NCBI GenBank assembly: GCA_025362435.1
Contig: JANYGL010000046.1
Coordinates: forward strand, 41,881-105,880
Length of the DNA: 64,000 nucleotides
Direction: 5' to 3'
From: Polymorphobacter sp.
GTDB lineage: Bacteria; Pseudomonadota; Alphaproteobacteria; Sphingomonadales; Sphingomonadaceae
Shown: in pieces, positions 1 through 12,274 of the stretch
Layout of the letters: each line of letters begins with the position of its first letter
Numbering within the stretch: position 1 is the stretch's first letter
Notes under the pieces: model-generated
What the model was told of the DNA's origin: nothing
The model's input: the letters and a program-made list of their open reading frames with translations, nothing else
Databases searched by the model: none
Program-made: the position numbers and the translations under genes

Positions 1-48
1 CCGGCGTGGCTGCTGATCGCCACCGACGTTCACGCGTAAGCAGACGCC

Positions 49-1269
49 GTGATGATCCGGCCGCCGCGTTGGGCGGTCGCGGTTGCTGTCGGCTTGGGTT
101 TCGCGCTCACCGGATGCGCCGGCGGCGTACACCCTGCGCCTGCACCCACGGCGAACGCTGCGCCGATATCGCCGGCCAAGCCGACAGCCCCCGCCACTGC
201 GCGTGCACTCGGCGCGGTCGCTGTCCCGTTTCCCGATTTCGCCACCGCCGACTTCGCCAAGGCCTTCGCGGCGTTCAAGCGGTCGTGCCCGGTCCTCATC
301 AAGCGCGCCGACGCCAGCGGGCTGACCCAGCCGGGTGACTGGAACGCCGCCTGCGCCGCAGTTAGCGATCGCGATCCGCGGGGGTACATCGAGCGCTATT
401 TCACCGCGGTCCGCGTTGGCGACGGTCGCGGCCTCAACACCGGCTATTACGAGCCGTTGCTCGAAGGGTCGCGGACCGCCGGACCCGGCTATGCCGTCCC
501 GCTGTACCGCCGCCCGCCCGATCTCGTCGAGCTTGACCTCGGTAATTTCTCCGACGCGCTTAAGGGCCGCAAGCTGCGCGGGCGCGTCGCCGGAAAGACC
601 TTCGTCCCTTACTACGACCGCGCCGCGATCGAGGACGGCGCCCTGACCGGACGCGGGCTCGAACTGGCGTGGGCGGCCGACCCATACGCGGCGTTCTTCC
701 TCGAAATCCAGGGGTCGGGACGGCTGGTGCTCCCGGGCGGCGAGCAGCTGCGGATCGGCTACGACGGGCAGAACGGGCGCGACTACACCGCGATCGGCAA
801 GCTGCTCCGCGACCGCAATGCACTCGCTCCGGGCCAAGCGACGATGACCGGGATCATTGCGTGGATGTGCGCCCACCCCGCCGAGGGTCGGGCGCTGATG
901 CGTGAGAACCGGTCGAAGATCTTCTTCCGCATCCTTACCGGCGACCCGACGCTCGGCCCTCCCGGCGCGCTCGGTATCGGCCTTGAACCGCGCTTCAGCG
1001 TCGCCGCCGACCCGGCGTTCGTGCCCCTCGGGGCGATGCTGTGGCTTGACACGCGCGTCCCCGGCGTCGCCGCGCCGATGCGTCAGCTGATGGTCGCGCA
1101 GGACACCGGCGGCGCGATCAAGGGCGCCAACCGGATCGACGTCTTCTGGGGCGCCGACAACGGTGCCGCGACGATCGCCGGGGGGATGTCGGCGACCGGC
1201 ACGGTAACGTTGCTCCTGCCGCGCGCTGCCGCCGAAAGGCTGGTGCGTGGCGCGCCGCCTGCACCCTGA
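49..1269 (+). CDS. mltA: membrane-bound lytic murein transglycosylase A family lipoprotein
   Basis: 406-aa ORF (GTG 49 or ATG 52). Signal peptide ends in lipobox LTGC. MltA-type motifs GYYEP, EIQGSGRL, DGQNGRDYTAIGK, and C-terminal 3D-domain motif AQDTGGAIKG..DVFWG. Confidence 0.85.
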   Translation: MMIRPPRWAVAVAVGLGFALTGCAGGVHPAPAPTANAAPISPAKPTAPATARALGAVAVPFPDFATADFAKAFAAFKRSCPVLIKRADASGLTQPGDWNAACAAVSDRDPRGYIERYFTAVRVGDGRGLNTGYYEPLLEGSRTAGPGYAVPLYRRPPDLVELDLGNFSDALKGRKLRGRVAGKTFVPYYDRAAIEDGALTGRGLELAWAADPYAAFFLEIQGSGRLVLPGGEQLRIGYDGQNGRDYTAIGKLLRDRNALAPGQATMTGIIAWMCAHPAEGRALMRENRSKIFFRILTGDPTLGPPGALGIGLEPRFSVAADPAFVPLGAMLWLDTRVPGVAAPMRQLMVAQDTGGAIKGANRIDVFWGADNGAATIAGGMSATGTVTLLLPRAAAERLVRGAPPAP

Positions 1270-1768
1270 CGAGAGCGCCTTATGGGCGCAGGTCGCGGCG
1301 TCGATCCGGCCGCTGCCGGGGCGCGTCCGCCCGATCGTCGGTCCCGCCCCGCGCGTCATCGTCGACCAGCCGCCGCCGCGCGCCGAACCGCCCAAGCGCA
1401 CGCCCGCGGCGAACCGGATCGCGGTCGACGCGGCGACGCTCGATGGCGGCTGGGACCGCAAGATGCGGACCGGGCGCCTCGCGCCCGACCTGACGGTCGA
1501 CCTTCACGGCTATTCGCGCGACCGCGCCCATGCATTGCTGACTCGGATGATCGTCGAGGCCGCGACCGGCGGCGCACGGGTCATGCTCGTCATTACCGGC
1601 AAGGGCGCGCGCGACAGCGACGACGCCGACCGGCCGCGCGGGGTGATCCGCTCCTCGCTACGCGACTGGCTCCAGTCGTCCGACCTTCGCCCCTATATCG
1701 CCGCGCTTCGCCCCGCCCACCCGCGCCACGGCGGCGGCGGCGCGTGGTACGTCATCCTGCGGCGGTAG
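1247..1768 (+). CDS. Smr (MutS2 C-terminal-like) domain protein
   Basis: 173-aa ORF with a GTG start overlapping the mltA end by 23 nt. Smr core DLHGYSRDRAH..VMLVITGKG..LRDWL. Confidence 0.7.
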   Translation: MARRLHPDESALWAQVAASIRPLPGRVRPIVGPAPRVIVDQPPPRAEPPKRTPAANRIAVDAATLDGGWDRKMRTGRLAPDLTVDLHGYSRDRAHALLTRMIVEAATGGARVMLVITGKGARDSDDADRPRGVIRSSLRDWLQSSDLRPYIAALRPAHPRHGGGGAWYVILRR

Positions 1769-2567
1769 CGACCCGCAGCCGGAGCAGTCCCCACATCGCC
1801 GCCGAGGCCATGCGGAACAGCGCGCCGTTCGGGCGCAGGGCGACCGCGCGAAGCAGCATCCGCACGCCGTTGTCGACGTGGCGGCGGCGGTAGAGCCTCA
1901 ACGCGCGAATACCGTATTCGCGGGTGTAGCGGCGGTGATACTGCGCCGTGCGGTCGTGCGGCAGGACGTTCGCGGCGAACCATGCCCAGCCGAGTTCGTC
2001 GTCCCCCGCCTCGCTGAAACGCGTTGCGGCAACAACCAGCCGGGTGCGGAGCGGTACCGGCGCGGCGGCGTGATAGCGGGTAAAATGCATCTGGAACAAG
2101 CGGTAGTGAGCGAACTCGTCGGCGGCGATATGCTGGGCTATCGCCTGCAGGACGGGTTCGGGGGTGGCGTCGCGGATCGCCGAGTAGAAGGACGAGGTGC
2201 CGGTCTCGACGACCTGCCGGGCAACGAGCTCGCCGCACCGCGATCCCCGGATCGATTGGTCGACGCCCTGCGGAACCTGGAAGCCGGCACGGAAGTCCTC
2301 GAGCGCGCGGGCGAAGTCGAACCCCGGGTCGGCGAGTTCGGCCCAGCGTCCGAGGATCGCGCCGTGTTGCTGCTCCTCGACCCCCCAGCGCTCGATCTCG
2401 CTGATGAACGCGGTGTCGCCGGCGAAGACGCCGTTGAGGTAGGCGACATAGTCGGCGGCGTTCGCTTCGACCAGCGCGGCGGTCTTGATTACCGCCAGCA
2501 GGTCGGCGTCGACCGCGGCGCGCTCGAAGCGCGCCCACGGAATTTCGTCGGGGGTCCAGCCAGTCAT
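1752..2567 (-). CDS. ferritin-like di-iron carboxylate protein (acyl-ACP desaturase-like fold), function unknown
   Basis: 271-aa ORF with two ExxH motifs (VEEQQHG and AADEFAHY), typical of di-iron four-helix-bundle proteins. High GC3. Confidence 0.6.
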   Translation of the reverse strand: MTGWTPDEIPWARFERAAVDADLLAVIKTAALVEANAADYVAYLNGVFAGDTAFISEIERWGVEEQQHGAILGRWAELADPGFDFARALEDFRAGFQVPQGVDQSIRGSRCGELVARQVVETGTSSFYSAIRDATPEPVLQAIAQHIAADEFAHYRLFQMHFTRYHAAAPVPLRTRLVVAATRFSEAGDDELGWAWFAANVLPHDRTAQYHRRYTREYGIRALRLYRRRHVDNGVRMLLRAVALRPNGALFRMASAAMWGLLRLRVATAAG

Positions 2568-2642
2568 TACGCAATCAATACCAAAGTCACGCGGAAGTTG
2601 CCATTAACCCGTAGGTCAGGACTTTCGAGCGATACAAGTGGT

Positions 2643-3052
2643 TTAGTTAACCGCGACGGCCTGCATCGCTTCGAGCTTGGCGATGCGGAGTTCCGCCGCC
2701 GCGATGTCGGGCTCACCACTCGCGGTGCGCAGCGCATCGCGCGCCGCGGCGAGGTCGCGCGCCGTGCCCTCGATGTCGAGCTCGCCGACCGGGATCGCGC
2801 TTTCGGCGAGGATCGTCAGCCCGTCGGGACCGACCTCGGCAAACCCGCCGTCGATGAAGATCCGCTCGGGGACGTCGTTCATGCTCGTCGGGAACACCTG
2901 GATCGCCCCGGGGCGGATCGTCGAGACCAAAGGCGCGTGACCCGGCAGCACGCCGAAGTCACCCTCGGTGCCGGGAACGACGACCATGAAGACCTCACCC
3001 GAGCGCAGGAGTTTCTCGGGCGAGACGAGTTCGAAGTGGAGCGTTTCGGCCA

Positions 3053-3053
<1 letters not shown>
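2643..3053 (-). CDS. atpC: F1 ATP synthase epsilon subunit
   Basis: 136-aa ORF directly downstream of atpD (1-nt overlap). N-terminal [26 protein letters not shown] pattern of epsilon subunits. Confidence 0.9.
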
Positions 3054-4528
<1,475 letters not shown>

Positions 4529-4933
4529 TCAGACGACGGTCAGCGTCACGGGGATGTTTCCGCGCGTCGCTTTCGAATAGGGGCAGACCTGATGGGCTTC
4601 GGCGACCATCGCCTCGACCTTGTCGCGGTCCTCGCCGGACACGGAAACCGTCAGCTCGACGGCGAGGTCGTAGCCGGTGTCGCTCTGGGCCAGCGTCACC
4701 GCTGCGGAGACGCGCGCCTTCTGGCCGTCGACGCCGTGCTTGCGCGCGACGAGCATGATCGCCGACCCGAAGCACGCCGAATAGCCGAGCGCGAACAGCT
4801 GCTCAGGGTTATGGCCGTCGCCGGCTCCGCCCATCTCCTTCGGCGGGGCCATCGCCAGCGCCAGCGCGCCGCCGTCGAGGACGGCGCGGCCGTCGCGCCC
4901 GCCCTTGGTCGTTGCCGTGGTCGTGTAGGCCAT
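4529..4933 (-). CDS. ohr: organic hydroperoxide resistance protein (Ohr/OsmC family)
   Basis: 134-aa ORF. Ohr hallmarks: YTT.A...GGRDG, NPEQLFALGYSACF (first catalytic Cys) and AHQVCPYSKATRGNI (second Cys). Confidence 0.85.
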   Translation of the reverse strand: MAYTTTATTKGGRDGRAVLDGGALALAMAPPKEMGGAGDGHNPEQLFALGYSACFGSAIMLVARKHGVDGQKARVSAAVTLAQSDTGYDLAVELTVSVSGEDRDKVEAMVAEAHQVCPYSKATRGNIPVTLTVV

Positions 4934-4943
4934 CGTTTCGATC

Positions 4944-5237
4944 CTAATGCTGCGGCAGCGACGAGCAGCGCGGGCCGCCGTCGAGCCATTCCCAGCCGGT
5001 GCCGTTCTTGCCGACGAGCGTCGTCGTCGTCGTCCACTTGGCGCGGGTGAAGCGCTGCTGGTACGAGCACTTCAACTCGCTCGGATCGCCGAGGACGGCG
5101 CACGACAGGTTGCGCATCGGGGGGCACTTTTCGCCCTTCGCGGTCCGCAACGCAGTGAGCTCGGTCGCGCTCGGCCCGACCGGTGCAGCCGCGACGATCG
5201 CCAGCGCCGCGACGCTAAGGACGATCCGCGCGATCAC
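4944..5237 (-). CDS. small secreted cysteine-containing protein, unknown function
   Basis: 97-aa ORF. GTG start overlaps the atpG stop (GTGA). N-terminal signal peptide MIARIVLSVAALAIVAAAP. Four Cys in the mature part. High GC3. Confidence 0.5.
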   Translation of the reverse strand: MIARIVLSVAALAIVAAAPVGPSATELTALRTAKGEKCPPMRNLSCAVLGDPSELKCSYQQRFTRAKWTTTTTLVGKNGTGWEWLDGGPRCSSLPQH

Positions 5238-6133
5238 AGCGATTCGGCTCCGGCGATGATCTCGATCAGCTCGGTCGTGATCGCCGCCTGGCGGGTGCGG
5301 TTGTAGACGATCGTCAGGCGGGTGATGATGTCGCCGGCGTTGCGCGTGGCATTGTCCATCGCGGTCATCTGCGCGCCGAAGAAGCTCGCTTGGTTCTCGA
5401 GCATCGCGCGGAAGATCTGGACGCCGAGGTTGCGCGGCAGCAGGTCGGCGAGGATCGCCTCCTCGTCGGGCTCGTACTCGATCGCCGCGGGAGGCGGGCC
5501 GCCCGCAGGGACAGCGGGTTCGGCGGACTTGGCGACCGGAAGCGCCGCGGGGATCAGCTGGACCGTCGTCGGCTCCTGCACCAGCGCCGAGCGAAAGCGC
5601 GAAAAGAACAGTTCGGCGATGTCGAATTCGCCGTGGTTGAAGCGGTCGATGACCTGCTGCGCGATCGCCTGCGCGTCGGCGAACTTCTGCGCCTTGCCGT
5701 GGACAAGGTCGAGCGTGTCGAGGATCATGTCGCGATGGGTGCGGACGAAGACGGCGCGGCCCTTGCGCCCGGCGAGGAGCAGCTTGACCATCTTGCCCTG
5801 CGCCAGCAGCTCGTCGGCCCGCTTGCGCGCCATACGGACAATGTTGGTGTTGAACCCGCCCGCAAGCCCGCGCTCCGAGGTGACGACGACGAGCAGATAG
5901 GTCTGGTCGTTGCCCGTCCCAGCGAGCAGCTTCGGCGACTCAGGCCCGACGGTGATGCGGCTGCCGAGCGACGCCATGACCGCCGCCATCCGCTCCGAAT
6001 ACGGGCGCGCGGCCTCGGCGGCTTCCTGCGACCGGCGCAGCTTCGCCGCGGCGACCATCTTCATCGCCTTGGTGATCTTCTGCGTCGACTTGATCGACGT
6101 GATCCGCAGCTTGAGCGCTTTGAGCGATGCCAT
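5234..6133 (-). CDS. atpG: F1 ATP synthase gamma subunit
   Basis: 299-aa ORF. MASLKALKLRI.S.KSTQKITKAMKMVAAAKLRR N-terminus and ITTELIEIIAGAESL C-terminus are typical of gamma. Confidence 0.95.
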   Translation of the reverse strand: MASLKALKLRITSIKSTQKITKAMKMVAAAKLRRSQEAAEAARPYSERMAAVMASLGSRITVGPESPKLLAGTGNDQTYLLVVVTSERGLAGGFNTNIVRMARKRADELLAQGKMVKLLLAGRKGRAVFVRTHRDMILDTLDLVHGKAQKFADAQAIAQQVIDRFNHGEFDIAELFFSRFRSALVQEPTTVQLIPAALPVAKSAEPAVPAGGPPPAAIEYEPDEEAILADLLPRNLGVQIFRAMLENQASFFGAQMTAMDNATRNAGDIITRLTIVYNRTRQAAITTELIEIIAGAESL

Positions 6134-6155
6134 CTAGCTTTCCCCAGCCGTCCGC

Positions 6156-7691
<1,536 letters not shown>

Positions 7692-7693
7692 CG

Positions 7694-8248
7694 TCAGCCT
7701 TTCATCGCCGTGGCGAGCGTGTTCAATTTCGTGCGGATCGAGCTGTCGACCATCCGCGACCCGACGCGGACGATCAGCCCGCCAAGGATTTCAGGGTCGA
7801 CGTTGAGAATGAGGGCGGCATCGGCGCCGAGCCCGGCGCGAAGCTTGGCCTTGAGCTGGACCTGCTGGTCGGCGTCGAGCGGGTGTGCGCTGGTGACTTC
7901 GGCGGTGATCTCGCCGCGCTGGCTGGCGGTCAGCTTGGAGAAGTCGCGGATGATTGCGGGCAGCGCCGCGAGGCGCCGGTTGTGCGCGAGGACGCCAAGG
8001 AACTTCGCCGTCAGCGAGTCGAGCTGCATCGCCTTCGCCACCGCCTCGATCGTCCGCGTCGCGGTGACACGGTCGATCATCGGGCTCGTCGTCAGGGTGC
8101 GCAAGTCAGCCGATTCGGCGAGGCCCGCCGTAACCGACGCCAGGCTCGCTGCAACCGCGTCGATCGCCTTCGCGTCGCGCGCGAGATCGAACAACGCTGT
8201 GGCATAACGCCCCGATAGTCCAGCAACGATGCCGCCCGATGTTTCCAC
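7694..8248 (-). CDS. atpH: F1 ATP synthase delta (OSCP) subunit
   Basis: The track ORF extends to 8302, but delta subunits begin at ..ETSGGI.A.LSGRYA. The GTG at 8248 gives [23 protein letters not shown]. The gene ends 2 nt before atpA. Confidence 0.85.
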   Translation of the reverse strand: METSGGIVAGLSGRYATALFDLARDAKAIDAVAASLASVTAGLAESADLRTLTTSPMIDRVTATRTIEAVAKAMQLDSLTAKFLGVLAHNRRLAALPAIIRDFSKLTASQRGEITAEVTSAHPLDADQQVQLKAKLRAGLGADAALILNVDPEILGGLIVRVGSRMVDSSIRTKLNTLATAMKG

Positions 8249-8432
8249 GAAACTCGCCCAAACAGGAAGCCAAAGAGCAGATTTGCCCCGGAATCGCCCC
8301 ACGCGGAACCGCAGGTGGACCCCCGGCGCTAGGCGAGCGGGGCGTTAGCATGGGGTCCCCCGGCGCGCAACCCGCCGGGAACCTCGCAACCTATCGGGCA
8401 TTGGCCGCGGCAACCCTAACAGTAGGTCTCCG

Positions 8433-8939
8433 ATGAAGACATTCAGCCTGCTCGCCGCCGCTGCCGTCGCATTCGCCCCGGTCGCCGCGTCGGCAATTCC
8501 GCTCCCCGCCAAGACCTACGTCATGAAGGCCGGCGCGTCCGACATGTTCGAAATCGAATCGGCCAAGCTCGAAAGCGACAGCACCGATCCGCAGGTTTCG
8601 AGCTTTGCCCAGATGATGATCGCCGATCACGGCAAGTCGACCACCGACGTCATGGCAGCGGCATCGGCCGACGGACTGCCGCCGATGACGCCGAAGATGA
8701 CCCCGAAGCAGGCGTCGATGATCGACAGCCTGAAGCGGACGTCGGGCAAGGCACGCGACACGCTGTACAAGAAGCAGCAGATCCAGGCGCATCGCGAGAC
8801 GCTCGCGTTTCAGAAGCAGTATGCGATGTCGGGCGACAAGCCGCACCTCAAGGACACTGCGGGCATGATCGTCCCCGTCGTCCAGAAGCACCTCGACATG
8901 GTCAACGGCATGTCATCGGGCGCGATCAAGGCGCAGTAA
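8433..8939 (+). CDS. DUF4142 domain periplasmic protein
   Basis: 168-aa ORF. Signal peptide MKTFSLLAAAAVAFAPVAASA. DUF4142-like pattern GASDMFEIESAKLE..FAQMMIADHGKST. Confidence 0.75.
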   Translation: MKTFSLLAAAAVAFAPVAASAIPLPAKTYVMKAGASDMFEIESAKLESDSTDPQVSSFAQMMIADHGKSTTDVMAAASADGLPPMTPKMTPKQASMIDSLKRTSGKARDTLYKKQQIQAHRETLAFQKQYAMSGDKPHLKDTAGMIVPVVQKHLDMVNGMSSGAIKAQ

Positions 8940-8965
8940 CGCTTTCGCTCCTCAAGGCACTAAGC

Positions 8966-8999
8966 AACGGCGCGGCGATTATTCGCCGCGCCGTTTTGT
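8966..8999 (+). terminator. rho-independent terminator after the DUF4142 gene
   Basis: Perfect 13-bp stem AACGGCGCGGCGA / TCGCCGCGCCGTT with a TTAT loop, followed by TTTGT, 27 nt after the stop codon. Confidence 0.65.
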
Positions 9000-9151
9000 A
9001 TCTGCCCGCTGTCGTTCAGTTTGCCCCGGACTGAAGGCGGGGGCCCTCCTATCGAACAATCCCGCCTGCGTCGGCTCGTCGCAAAATGCATCTCGCGTTA
9101 ACCAATCCTGCGTCCGCTTGCCCATCCGCCCCGTATCCGCACGGGGGGACC

Positions 9152-9754
9152 ATGAGGTCGATGGAGACGAGCATGCGATTCTGGATAACGGGCAGCCTTG
9201 GACTATTGGCGATCGGCGCCGCGGCGACGGCGAACGCCAAGGTCGTCACGACGATCGTCAACGCGAGCTATTACAACACGCCGTTCACGATCGACGTCGG
9301 TGGCATGAACAACCTGACGCTCAGCACGATCGACAAGAGTGCTTTTTCGTTTAGCCCGGCTGCGGTCGCGACCGGTGGCGGCCTCGAGGTCACCAGCCTC
9401 GGCTTCCCCTTCTACTCGTCGCCGATGCCTTCGGTCTTTTTCGCCAACCGCGGCGGCGATATCGGCCCGACCACCTTCATCGGCTTCTCGTCGTTCGCGA
9501 CCCCGACGACGATCCAGTATTCAGGTGCCGAAAGCATCCTCGGCTTCCGCTTCGATAACGGTCGCGGCACGCAATATGGCTATGCCGATTTGGCCGGGTC
9601 GAACCTTCATGGCTATCGCGTCGAATCGACCCCCGGGGCAAGCGTCGCCATCGGCTCGGTTCCTGAACCCGCCGCCTGGGCAATGATGATCGGCGGCTTC
9701 GGCTTCGTCGGCGCCGGAATGCGTTCGCGCCGGTCGGCGGCCGTCACCGCTTAA
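9152..9754 (+). CDS. PEPxxWA-CTERM (PEP-CTERM family) sorting-domain surface protein
   Basis: C-terminus VPEPAAWAMMIGGFGFVGAGMRSRRSAA is PEP motif + TM helix + basic tail. Start chosen at ATG 9152 (GGGGGGA Shine-Dalgarno-like stretch just upstream), which gives the signal peptide ..LLAIGAAATANA. The track ORF starts at 9086. Confidence 0.7.
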   Translation: MRSMETSMRFWITGSLGLLAIGAAATANAKVVTTIVNASYYNTPFTIDVGGMNNLTLSTIDKSAFSFSPAAVATGGGLEVTSLGFPFYSSPMPSVFFANRGGDIGPTTFIGFSSFATPTTIQYSGAESILGFRFDNGRGTQYGYADLAGSNLHGYRVESTPGASVAIGSVPEPAAWAMMIGGFGFVGAGMRSRRSAAVTA

Positions 9755-12033
9755 GCGGCGTCGATTTCGCGGCGCAGTGTCGCGAACAGGTCGGGGATCG
9801 CGGTCAGGAACGGGCGTTCGGCGTCGAGTATCGCGTCGAACGCCTTTTTCTTGAGCGATGCGATCCGCTCCGGGTCGATCGCCCCGTCGATCGTCGAGAC
9901 GACGATGTCGATCAGCCGGTCGGCGGCGTGGAGGCGGCCCCAGAGGTAATCGTTCTCGCGGTAGGCGCGGCTGAAGAAGGCGCCGAACGAGTTGAACTGC
10001 GTTCCCTTGAGCGTCGCCGCATAGCCGCCGCCGCGGATCGTCGTCGCGTCCTCGGGGGCAATGCGGTCGACCTTGATCTCGTCGAACTCGTCGAGGCCGT
10101 CGCCCTGGAGCAAGGGCAGCATCGCGATGTCATAGAACGGGAAGCCGAGATAGGCGCGGAGGAGCGCCCGGCGCACCTCCCTTGTCAGGTCCATCGCGAA
10201 CAGCTCGACCAGCCGCGCGTCGGTCGCGGTGTCGAGCGCGCGAAGGTCGAGCGCCGCCTCGAACGCCGCCATCGCCGCGCCCGGTTCGCCTGCCACCCCC
10301 GCGCGGACGTCATCGCCGTAGAATTCGTCGCGCCGCCGGTCGAGATACGGCGCGAGCAAAGCATAGAGCGACGCCTTGAGCGCCTCGATCGCGCGGCGGT
10401 CGGCAAGGTCGATCTGCGCCACCGCCAGCCGATTGAGCCGCCGCAGCAGGAAGCGCAGCCGCCGGATGCGGAAGTCGAGGTCGAAGCGCCGCAGGAAGCC
10501 GACGAAGGCCGAGCCGGCGCCATCGCGCTCGGCGGCATCCTCGACGACGAGCGCCTGGTTGGCGACATAGGCGACGACGCCCGGGCCCGACCCGCCGAGC
10601 GCGGCGATCCGCGCGGCGATGCCGTCGACGACCTGCGCGAGCTTCAACTGGCCATACGCCGAATAGGCATAGCCCGCGCGCTGCGCCGCGACCGTCTGCG
10701 CCCGCGACCGCCAGTCCGACAGCCGCGCCGCCGACAACGGCAGGAAGAAGAAGCGCGCGCCGATCGCCCCCTCGATCGCCGCGTCGACCTGCGGCGCCAT
10801 GCCGTCGACGACCTGCCGCAGCCGCCGGACGCGCACCGACAGCGCCGCGATCGCCTCGAGGTTGTCGCGGATCGGCTGCTCGCGCGGAATGTCGGCGAGC
10901 GCGCGGAGGATCGTCGTGAAGAACCCCGGCGGCTCCCCCGCCGCGCTCTTGCCGCCGTGGGCGCCGGGCTTGGGGTCGATATAGACGAAGCGGCGGTCGA
11001 CCTCGCGGTGCGCCGGGCGGTGACGCAGCGCCTCGATCGCCGGACCGAACGGGCGGTTGTTGAGAACGCTGCCGTCGATCAGCGACGCCTGCTCGTAGAC
11101 TTGCCCGAGCGCGGCGCGGCGCGGGAAGATGCGCTTGAGGAACGCCGTCCGCCCCGGCCACGCGGCGTTGCGCTCGACCAATACCGCGTCGATCTCGCCG
11201 ACCTGCGCCGGCGGAAACGCCCCCGGGAACGACGCGGTCGCGCGCGCGGCGAAGGCGAGTTCGGCGGGGTCGCCGATCGTCCGAGGTCCAGCGTGCTCGC
11301 CGCTGCTGTGGAAGTCGATCACCAGCCGGTGCTCGGTCTCGATGATCTGCGGCGGCGAATGCAGCGCCAGCGCCTCGGGACGGCCGTGGAAGTCGGTGAC
11401 GGTGACGAACAGGTCGAGCGGCAGCCCCTCCGGGATCAGCGGCGGCGCGGGGGCGTGGACCTCCATCGCCTTGAGCGCGTCGTAGAGCATCGCGGTAAAG
11501 CCGACGCCTGAGAACGGCGGGCGGAACCAGCGCGAGCGCATGAAGCGGGACAGCTTGGCGCGAACCTCGACCCGCGCGGCGGGATCGACGACGTCGTCGG
11601 CCATGCCATAGCCCTTCGACCGGGCGTACCAGACGAGCGGCGTCGCCCACCACTTGCTCATGCGACCGTGCGCGACCGCCTGCGGATCGAGCAGCCGGTC
11701 GACGTCGGCCCCCGCCAGCCACAGGTCGCGCAACGGCTCCATGTCGTGCCCGCCGGCGATCGCATGGGCGAGCAGGATGCCGTTGATCCCCCCGGCCGAT
11801 GCCCCCGCCACGATATCGACGAGGACACGCAGGTTGAGATGCGGCTCGAGCTCGTCGAGCAGGGCGGCATAGACGATCTCGGTATCGCCCGACGGCACCT
11901 CGCCGTGGGTCCGCGCCGCCGACGCGCGAAGCAGCTTCCACACCTCCTTGGTGATCCCGTGCATGTAGATCGCCAGGCTGACCCCGCCGTAGCAGACGAG
12001 CGCGAGCCGCAATTCCTTCTCGCGCATCGTCAC
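9751..12033 (-). CDS. patatin-like phospholipase family protein with long C-terminal extension (DUF3376-type)
   Basis: 760-aa ORF. Oxyanion CYGGVSLAIY, nucleophile elbow GASAGG (GxSxG) and dyad Asp in LIDGSVLNN. Confidence 0.85.
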   Translation of the reverse strand: MTMREKELRLALVCYGGVSLAIYMHGITKEVWKLLRASAARTHGEVPSGDTEIVYAALLDELEPHLNLRVLVDIVAGASAGGINGILLAHAIAGGHDMEPLRDLWLAGADVDRLLDPQAVAHGRMSKWWATPLVWYARSKGYGMADDVVDPAARVEVRAKLSRFMRSRWFRPPFSGVGFTAMLYDALKAMEVHAPAPPLIPEGLPLDLFVTVTDFHGRPEALALHSPPQIIETEHRLVIDFHSSGEHAGPRTIGDPAELAFAARATASFPGAFPPAQVGEIDAVLVERNAAWPGRTAFLKRIFPRRAALGQVYEQASLIDGSVLNNRPFGPAIEALRHRPAHREVDRRFVYIDPKPGAHGGKSAAGEPPGFFTTILRALADIPREQPIRDNLEAIAALSVRVRRLRQVVDGMAPQVDAAIEGAIGARFFFLPLSAARLSDWRSRAQTVAAQRAGYAYSAYGQLKLAQVVDGIAARIAALGGSGPGVVAYVANQALVVEDAAERDGAGSAFVGFLRRFDLDFRIRRLRFLLRRLNRLAVAQIDLADRRAIEALKASLYALLAPYLDRRRDEFYGDDVRAGVAGEPGAAMAAFEAALDLRALDTATDARLVELFAMDLTREVRRALLRAYLGFPFYDIAMLPLLQGDGLDEFDEIKVDRIAPEDATTIRGGGYAATLKGTQFNSFGAFFSRAYRENDYLWGRLHAADRLIDIVVSTIDGAIDPERIASLKKKAFDAILDAERPFLTAIPDLFATLRREIDAA

Positions 12034-12274
12034 GCTCCCTCGAGCCCATCTACGCTATCATTCGCCCGCCACCCCGAATAGTTTCATAGCCGGGGGGCCG
12101 ACATGCCCGACAAGACCCGCGACCGCTCGCGTTCGGCTGCGCGATGGTCACCCCGCGTCTCGCGCTGGTGCCGCCGCTGACCAGCCCGATCATTACCAGG
12201 CTGTTCAACCGGCAGAGGCCCTTGCCCACGTCGTGGACTACGCCTATGTTCCCGCTTCGTTCACCGGAGAGCCA

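Noticed and set aside
1-39. Open frame from the window edge to TAA at 37-39 (..PAWLLIATDVHA*), possibly the 3' end of the gene upstream of mltA.
   Set aside because: Thirteen codons are too few to support any call.
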